A stretch of 61,821 nucleotides of DNA, from contig PULM01000043.1 in NCBI GenBank assembly GCA_003552345.1, forward strand, positions 1 to 61,821, in the 5' to 3' direction. This stretch comes from Ectothiorhodospiraceae bacterium. Lineage in GTDB: Bacteria > Pseudomonadota > Gammaproteobacteria > Nitrococcales > Halorhodospiraceae. How positions within the stretch are numbered: the first letter of the stretch is position 1; every line of letters starts with the position of its first letter. Made by a program: the position numbers and the translations under genes. Shown here piece after piece: positions 55,749 to 61,821 of this stretch. Under the pieces are notes generated by a model, which did no database searches, was not told the DNA's origin, and saw only the letters and a list, made by a program, of their open reading frames with translations.

Positions 55749-56171
55749 TCACGGCTCGTCGGATCGGGTGGTGGCGATCGATACGCGCTCGATGCCGGCG
55801 CGCCCGGCGCCATCCAGGGCCCGGACCACGGCCCGGTGCGGCGCGTCTGCGTCGGCGCGGATGACGATTCCGGCAATCTCCCCTTCCTGCAGGGTCTCCT
55901 CCAGCGCGCGGACCAGGGTCTCGATCTCCCGGTTAACTAGCGGATCGCCGTCGATGAAGTACTCCCCGTCGGCGCTGATACCGATCTCCAGCAGTTGCGG
56001 CGGGCTCTCCTCCGTCTCCTGCTCCGCCTCGGGCAGGGTGATATCCAGACCCACCTGATCGACGAAGGTAGTGGTCACCATGAAGAAGATCAGCAGCAGG
56101 AAAACGACGTCGATCAGCGGCGCCAGGTTCAGCTCCGGCTCGTCCCGGCGTTGGCCACGGCGCAGATTCAA
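55749..56171 (-). CDS. exbD: ExbD/TolR family protein
   Basis: NLAPLIDVVFLLLIFFMV, IRAD. Confidence 0.9.
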   Translation of the reverse strand: MNLRRGQRRDEPELNLAPLIDVVFLLLIFFMVTTTFVDQVGLDITLPEAEQETEESPPQLLEIGISADGEYFIDGDPLVNREIETLVRALEETLQEGEIAGIVIRADADAPHRAVVRALDGAGRAGIERVSIATTRSDEP

Positions 56172-56815
56172 GCCGACGCCCCTCGCCCCGTGGACGGATG
56201 GCTCCGCCGATCGGCACCGCTGCCCTCGAGCAGCAGCATCGCCTCCTGCTCCATCTCCACCACACGCTCGTCCACCAGGCCGCGGAGATAGCGATACGCC
56301 ATCAGCGCCGGAATGGCCACGGTCAACCCGGAGGCGGTGGTGATCAGCGCCTCGGCAATGCCCCCGGAGAGCGCCTGCATATCCCCCAGACCCTCGGCAC
56401 TGATCGCGCCAAAAACCTTGATCATGCCGATCACCGTGCCCAGCAGACCGAGCAGCGGACTGATGGCGGCGATGGTGCCGAGCGTGTTGAGGTAGCGTTC
56501 AAGCCGATGGGCCTCGTGGCGGCCGGCATCCTCAATGGCCTCGGCCATGACGCTGCGACCGTGATGCCGATTGGCCAGGCCCGCTGCGAGGATCCTGCCC
56601 AGCGGCGAACTCTCCTTGAGCGTCTCCAGGTGGCGGGCCTCAAGCTCGGGTTCCTGCGCCAGGCGCTGGGCACGCCCGCGCAGGGCGGCGGGCAAGATCC
56701 GTCGCTGGCGCAGGGTCCAGAAGCGCTCGATGATGATGGCCAGGGCCAGGACAGAACCGATCAGGATCGGGACCATCAACCAGCCTCCGGCCTGGATGAG
56801 CTCAAGCATGATCAC
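56168..56815 (-). CDS. exbB: MotA/TolQ/ExbB proton channel protein
   Basis: LGTIAAISPLLGLLGTV, GIAEALITTA.GL.VAIP. Confidence 0.9.
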   Translation of the reverse strand: MIMLELIQAGGWLMVPILIGSVLALAIIIERFWTLRQRRILPAALRGRAQRLAQEPELEARHLETLKESSPLGRILAAGLANRHHGRSVMAEAIEDAGRHEAHRLERYLNTLGTIAAISPLLGLLGTVIGMIKVFGAISAEGLGDMQALSGGIAEALITTASGLTVAIPALMAYRYLRGLVDERVVEMEQEAMLLLEGSGADRRSHPSTGRGASA

Positions 56816-56870
56816 TCCCTGGGTCGGTCAAGGCGCGCGCTCCGAGAAGGGCTGGGCGTGGCGGCGGATT

Positions 56871-59009
56871 CTAAAGCATACCGGGCATCGGCGCAGCCGC
56901 GCCGCCGTGGTGATAGACGCGGCCGTTGTGCTGCAGTTCGCTGCGCACACGCCAGCCATCGCCCGCCTCGCTCAGGGTCAGCGCCCCGTGATCGTCGGTG
57001 CGCAGCGCTTGCTCTTCTCCGCGGTCCAGGGCGGCGCTGCACGCCTGTCCATCTCCCCTGCACCCTTCGGCGCCCACGACCCAGGTGTTGGCCTCAGTAT
57101 CCACGTCCGGGCGCAGGGCCACGCTCTGGGCGCCGGCTTGGACGTCCAGGCCCCACTGCCCCTCTTCCAACTGGACAGCCCGCAACGTCACCCCCTCCAG
57201 CTCGGCGCGCCATCCAGCGGTCTCGTCGGGATCGCCTCCGATGCCCAGCCACTCGGCATCCGCCCAGCGCTCCCGCGCCTTGTCGACCGCACCGTCCCAC
57301 GGATCGCCGGCCCGCGGGACCAGCCATGCCTTAAGGGTCAGTCCGTAAGCCTCCAAAAAAGGCTCCACGGCAACGCTCGCTGCGTCGAGCCCGCCACCCG
57401 GGCCACCGCCGTAGACGACCGCCCGCTCCCCGTCGCAGACCAGTGCCGTCAGCCCGGCGCCGGTGTCGAAGACCACCACCCGCGCACCGTGCCCGCCCCC
57501 GCTGGCCCCGGGGCCGAGCAGCAGCAGGGCCAGCAGCGGGGCAGCCAGCCAACGCCCGGGCGTCGCCTGTGGACCCAGCAGCAGCGCGACGCCGCACGCA
57601 GCCAGAACCACGGCACCGACCGAGGGGCTCGGGACCTCGACGGCGCCCAGGTGCTCTGCCAATGCCGTGAGGATGGCCATCAGCCATACCAGCGAGGCCT
57701 CCGCCGCTTGCCAAAGCCACCCGGACCAGCTCGGCGCCAAGGGCTCAAGGGCCACGCCGCCGAGCACCGGGGGGACGACCAGCAGGCTGACCCACGGCAC
57801 GGCCAGCAGATTGGCCAGGGGTGAGAGCAGCGGAAGGTGGCCGAACCAGACGGCGGTCGCCGGGAGCATGCCGAGCCCCACCAGCGCCTGAATGCGCAAC
57901 CAGGGCAGTGGGCCACGCTGCGCGGGCCGCCCCGTGGTGGCCGCCAGGATGATGGCCACCGCCCCGAACGAGAGCCAGAAGCCAGCCCCCAGAGGCGCCC
58001 AGGGGTCGAGCGCAAGCACTGCGGCAGCCGCCACGGCGAGGCTGTGCCAAGGGCTCATCGGGCGACGCAACGCCAGCGCGCCGGCAAACACGAGCACCAT
58101 GACCAGTGCCCGTTGTGTGGGCAGCGTGAATCCGGCCAGGGCGGCGTAGCCGGCGGCCGCCAGCACCCCCGAGAGCGTACCGGCAATCAGCGCCGGCAGC
58201 CGACGCACCAGAGGCGGGATCCAGCGCCACAGCAAGCCGACGACAGACCCGACCAGGCCGGCGACCAGACCGACATGCAACCCCGAGATGGCCAATAGAT
58301 GCGCCGTGCCGGTGACCGACAGCACCTCCCACTGCTCATCCGCGATCCCGTAGCGGACCGCCACGCCGAGCCCCTGCACCAGCCCCAGATAGGGCGAATC
58401 GCCCAGACGCTCGGCCATCGCCGCGGCCACCTGCGCGCGGACTTGGTCAACCCGCCAGTGGCCGGAGAGGCGTTCGGCGCGATCGCCATCGCGCACGTAG
58501 GCCGTCGCCCCGAGGCGGTGCTGGAACAACCAGCGCTGATAGTCGAACCCCTGGGGATTGAGGAAGCCGTCCGGGGCCCGCAGGCGCAGGCAGAGCCGCC
58601 AGCGTTCGCCGGGCTGCGGCCGGCTATCCGCCACCCCGTACCAGTCGACCCGAATGCGTCGCGGCAGGGGGTTCGGCAGTTCCCCCTCGATCAGTCGCTC
58701 GCTACGGAACTCGAAGCGGGTCCGCCGGGACTCCACCTCGGGTACCGAGGTGATTTGCCCCTCCAGGCACACATCCGTGCCATCCCGGTCGGGCTCCAGT
58801 TCGTGTGCCAGCAGCCAACAGGCGCTGAGCAGCGCCCAGCCTGCCCCCAGCAGTCCCGCGGCCGGCCAGCGCCAGCCCGGTGGGGCGAAAACGCCCCAGC
58901 CGAGCGCAGCCGCCCAGGTCGCCGCCACCACGACGACCCCGGGGGGCTCCCGTAAAAGGCTCACGACCAGTACGATGCCGGCCGCAAAGGCAAGCGATCC
59001 TGCTCGCAT
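56871..59009 (-). CDS. comEC: ComEC/Rec2 DNA uptake channel (C-terminal MBL domain degenerate)
   Basis: OB/DUF4131 region (NPQGFDYQ.WL), GTAHLLAISGLH, PTQRA, GFWLSF, ANLLAVP. Confidence 0.9.
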   Translation of the reverse strand: MRAGSLAFAAGIVLVVSLLREPPGVVVVAATWAAALGWGVFAPPGWRWPAAGLLGAGWALLSACWLLAHELEPDRDGTDVCLEGQITSVPEVESRRTRFEFRSERLIEGELPNPLPRRIRVDWYGVADSRPQPGERWRLCLRLRAPDGFLNPQGFDYQRWLFQHRLGATAYVRDGDRAERLSGHWRVDQVRAQVAAAMAERLGDSPYLGLVQGLGVAVRYGIADEQWEVLSVTGTAHLLAISGLHVGLVAGLVGSVVGLLWRWIPPLVRRLPALIAGTLSGVLAAAGYAALAGFTLPTQRALVMVLVFAGALALRRPMSPWHSLAVAAAAVLALDPWAPLGAGFWLSFGAVAIILAATTGRPAQRGPLPWLRIQALVGLGMLPATAVWFGHLPLLSPLANLLAVPWVSLLVVPPVLGGVALEPLAPSWSGWLWQAAEASLVWLMAILTALAEHLGAVEVPSPSVGAVVLAACGVALLLGPQATPGRWLAAPLLALLLLGPGASGGGHGARVVVFDTGAGLTALVCDGERAVVYGGGPGGGLDAASVAVEPFLEAYGLTLKAWLVPRAGDPWDGAVDKARERWADAEWLGIGGDPDETAGWRAELEGVTLRAVQLEEGQWGLDVQAGAQSVALRPDVDTEANTWVVGAEGCRGDGQACSAALDRGEEQALRTDDHGALTLSEAGDGWRVRSELQHNGRVYHHGGAAAPMPGML

Positions 59010-59125
59010 CAGCCATCCTTGGCATGTGAGCGGGTTTGCGTGTACGGATCAGGGTAGCCGAGGGGGCCGGCGCGGCGCCATGCCAGAGGGCGAACCGCGG
59101 CCAGGCAAGTATCGAGGAGCATCCC

Positions 59126-59686
59126 ATGCGACGGTGGCTAAGGGGCACGTTGCCGGATCTGCAGCGGCTCAAGGACCAGGGCCGTTTCGGCTTCTTGGGC
59201 CGACTGCTGGAGGACCCGTTCCTGTTCCATCTCAACCGCCGCTCGACCGCCGGCGGCGTGGCGATCGGGGTGTTCGTCGCCTTCCTGCCCATCCCGCTGC
59301 AGATGCTGCTGGCCGCGGTCCTCGCCATCCTGGTGCGCGTCAACCTCATCCTCGCCGTAGTCCTGGTCTGGATCAGCAACCCGTTGACCATGGGACCGAT
59401 GCTCTACGCCAGCTACCGCACGGGGGCGTGGCTGCTCAGCGCGGAGTTCGAGGCGATCGACTACGACAACGCCGTGCAGTGGTTCCTGGGCAACCTGCAC
59501 CAGGCCTGGCAGCCGGTGCTCACCGGTTCGCTGGTGCTCGGTGCCATTGCCAGCTTGCTGGCCTACGTGGCGATCCTGCTGGTCTGGCGCTACGCCGTGC
59601 ACCGTGAGCGCCACCAGCGCCGGACACGTTTTGCCCGCAGAGCGGACGAGATGAACGCGCGGAGCCATCGCGGCGAGGAGCGCTAG
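59126..59686 (+). CDS. DUF2062 family membrane protein
   Basis: HLNRRS.AGG..IG.F..F.P.P.Q and WISNPLT motifs; lies between lolD and comEC. Confidence 0.82.
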   Translation: MRRWLRGTLPDLQRLKDQGRFGFLGRLLEDPFLFHLNRRSTAGGVAIGVFVAFLPIPLQMLLAAVLAILVRVNLILAVVLVWISNPLTMGPMLYASYRTGAWLLSAEFEAIDYDNAVQWFLGNLHQAWQPVLTGSLVLGAIASLLAYVAILLVWRYAVHRERHQRRTRFARRADEMNARSHRGEER

Positions 59687-60390
59687 AGGGCCTCAGCCGG
59701 CGCCCCCTGCCCGCGCAGACGCCCGTCCTCCAGCTTGTAGACGCGCTCGGTTCGGTGCGCCAGATCGAGGTCGTGCGTCACAAAGATGAGCGCCGTACCC
59801 AGCTCCTCATTGAGGCTCTGCAACATGCCGAACACGCGCTCGGCCGTGTGACGATCGAGGTTGCCGGTCGGCTCGTCGGCGAGGATGCACTTCGGCCGCG
59901 TGACCAGGGCACGCGCAATGGCCACCCGCTGACGCTCACCCCCGGAGAGCTCCGACGGACGGTGGGTCATGCGCGCCGCAAGCCCGATGCGCTCGAGCAA
60001 CTCGGCCGCCGCCGCGCGCGCCGCAGAAGCCGCCTCGCGCCGGATCAGCAGCGGCATGGCGACGTTCTCCAGGGCGGTGAACTCGGGCAGCAGGTGGTGG
60101 AACTGGTAGACGAAACCCAGCGCCTGGTTGCGCAGCCGCCCGCGGGCCGCCTGCTTGAGGTCGTAGATCCGCTGGCCGGCCACGTGGATCTCGCCGGCGG
60201 AGGGGGTGTCCAGGCCACCGAGGATGTGCAGCAGGGTGCTCTTCCCGGACCCGGAGGGCCCGACCACCGCCACCTGCTCACCGGCGCGCACCCCAAGGTC
60301 CACACCGCTCAGGACCTCCACCTCCTGGGGGCCCTCACTGAAGCGCTTGGCCACCTGTCGGCAGTCGATGACCAGCTCGGCATCACTCAT
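59683..60390 (-). CDS. lolD: Lipoprotein-releasing ABC ATPase
   Basis: [36 protein letters not shown]. Confidence 0.96.
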   Translation of the reverse strand: MSDAELVIDCRQVAKRFSEGPQEVEVLSGVDLGVRAGEQVAVVGPSGSGKSTLLHILGGLDTPSAGEIHVAGQRIYDLKQAARGRLRNQALGFVYQFHHLLPEFTALENVAMPLLIRREAASAARAAAAELLERIGLAARMTHRPSELSGGERQRVAIARALVTRPKCILADEPTGNLDRHTAERVFGMLQSLNEELGTALIFVTHDLDLAHRTERVYKLEDGRLRGQGAPAEAL

Positions 60391-61627
60391 AACGCAGCGC
60401 CTCCGCAGGTTCCGTGCGCGCCGCCCGCCACGCCGGGTAGAGCGTGGCGACCAGCGACAGCACCAGCGCCAGTGCCGTAATCCGCCCCACGTCTTCACCG
60501 CGTAGCTCCGAGGGCAGATCGCTGATGTAGTAGACGTCCGCGGGCAGGAACTCGAAGTTGAGCAACTGCTCCACCGCCGGGACGATGTTCTCGACGTTCA
60601 GCGCCAGCGCCACGCCACCGGCCACGCCGAGCAGGGTGCCCACCACCCCGATCACCGCGCCCTGGATGATAAACACCGCCATGACGCTGCCCGGGCTCAG
60701 ACCCACGGTGCGCAGGATGGCGATATCGGACTGTTTATCGCGGACCACCATCACCAGGGTCGAGACGATGTTGAAGGCGGCCACCGCCACGATCAGCGCG
60801 AGGATGACGAACATGACCGTCTTCTCGGTCTGCACCGCGCGGAAGAAGTTCGCGTGCTGCCGGGTCCAGTCCATCACCCGATAGTTCCCCGGCAGGTCGT
60901 CGGCCACCTCGCGGGCCAGCCAGGGCGCGGCCATCATGTCATCAAGCTTGAGCCGGATCCCGCTGACCGCATCGCCCATGCCCTTCACCCGCGCCATGTC
61001 CTCGATGTGGGCGATGGCCAGGGTCCGGTCGTACTCGTGCATCCCCACCTCGAAGATGCCGGTCAGGGTAAACCGCCGCATACGCGGGGTGACCCCGGCG
61101 ACCGATACCCGCGCCTCGGGGCTGATGACCGTAATCCGGTCACCGACCCGTGCACCGAGCTCGCGTGCCAGGGCCGAGCCCATGATCAATCCGAATTCAC
61201 CGGGCTCTAGCTCCGCGTCGCCGGCGATCACCTGCCCCAGCACATCGGAGACGCTCGGCTCCAGATCCGGGTCCACGCCGCGGATCAGGGTGCCGCTGAC
61301 CTGCCCGCCGCGGGTCACCATTACCTCTCCGTCGATGAACGGGGCGGCACCGACCACCCGCGGGTGGCGTTCGGCACGCTCAAGCACCGCGGGCCAGTCC
61401 TCGACCTGGCGCTGGGCACCGTGCACCTCGGCGTGAGAGACCATGCCAAGGATCCGCTCGCGCAGCTCGCGCTCGAACCCGTTCATGACCGAGAGAACGG
61501 TGATCAGCGCCGCCACGCCGAGGGCGATGCCGATCATCGAGGTCATGGAGATGAACGAGACAAAGTGCCCCCTGCGCCTCGCCCGGGTGTAGCGAAGACC
61601 GATGAACAGTTCGACAGGTCGGAACAA
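60383..61627 (-). CDS. lolE: Lipoprotein-releasing ABC permease LolC/E
   Basis: [47 protein letters not shown]; probable TTG start. Confidence 0.92.
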   Translation of the reverse strand: MFRPVELFIGLRYTRARRRGHFVSFISMTSMIGIALGVAALITVLSVMNGFERELRERILGMVSHAEVHGAQRQVEDWPAVLERAERHPRVVGAAPFIDGEVMVTRGGQVSGTLIRGVDPDLEPSVSDVLGQVIAGDAELEPGEFGLIMGSALARELGARVGDRITVISPEARVSVAGVTPRMRRFTLTGIFEVGMHEYDRTLAIAHIEDMARVKGMGDAVSGIRLKLDDMMAAPWLAREVADDLPGNYRVMDWTRQHANFFRAVQTEKTVMFVILALIVAVAAFNIVSTLVMVVRDKQSDIAILRTVGLSPGSVMAVFIIQGAVIGVVGTLLGVAGGVALALNVENIVPAVEQLLNFEFLPADVYYISDLPSELRGEDVGRITALALVLSLVATLYPAWRAARTEPAEALRYE

Positions 61628-61631
61628 CGGA

Positions 61632-61820
61632 CTACGGCTCCTCTTGCTGATAGACCGGGAGGCTGCGATCGGGACGGATCCCGGTGGCGCTCGGATGCAA
61701 CCGGATCGCCCGCAGGTCGACGCCCGCCGCTGCGGCCTCGCGCAGCGCCTCGGCATAGCGCGGGTCGATCGACTCGGCCGGACGCACCTCCAGCGCATCG
61801 CTGCGCTGCACGCAGAAGAT
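61632..61820 (-). CDS. sfsA: SfsA (sugar fermentation stimulation / PD-(D/E)xK nuclease) C-terminus, truncated by the window edge
   Basis: Manual translation IFCVQRSDALEVRPAESIDPRYAEALREAAAAGVDLRA...* resembles the SfsA C-terminal IDPxYAxxLxxAxxxGV motif. Confidence 0.75.
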   Translation of the reverse strand: MFCVQRSDALEVRPAESIDPRYAEALREAAAAGVDLRAIRLHPSATGIRPDRSLPVYQQEEP

Positions 61821-61821
61821 C

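Overview
A GC-rich gammaproteobacterial chromosome segment made up mostly of housekeeping genes. The proteins are D/E-rich, which suggests a halophile such as a Halorhodospira-like member of the Ectothiorhodospiraceae (inference). Left arm, mostly + strand: rpoE-rseA-rseB-degP, lepA-lepB-rnc-era-recO-pdxJ-acpS, a PolB-like exonuclease, rlmD-nudF, purB, fumC, uvrY-uvrC-pgsA and an inverted tRNA-Cys/tRNA-Leu pair. The middle is mixed: a barrel-coiled-coil-LytR_C fusion, hemN, fabAB, a repeat-bearing DUF4168-like protein, prfC, TraB and MtfA peptidases, prpE, mobB, hprA, an SDR, an orphan cytochrome b and a PLP enzyme. Right arm, mostly - strand: holB-tmk-mltG-pabC-fabF-acpP-fabG-fabD-fabH-plsX-rpmF-yceD, maf, sppA, rluC, rne, ptp-kdsB-lpxK-msbA-exbD-exbB-comEC, DUF2062, lolD-lolC/E and a partial sfsA. 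I found no integrase, transposase, CRISPR array or defence system. The strongest non-gene signal is a dif-like Xer site at 34687-34714 with a perfect XerD arm and a degenerate XerC arm. It lies where gene orientation and KOPS polarity converge, so the window probably spans the replication terminus. The best candidate for an uncharacterised protein is the predicted outer-membrane barrel + coiled-coil + LytR_C fusion (20210-21421). All calls come from motif recognition and synteny by eye; no searches were run.
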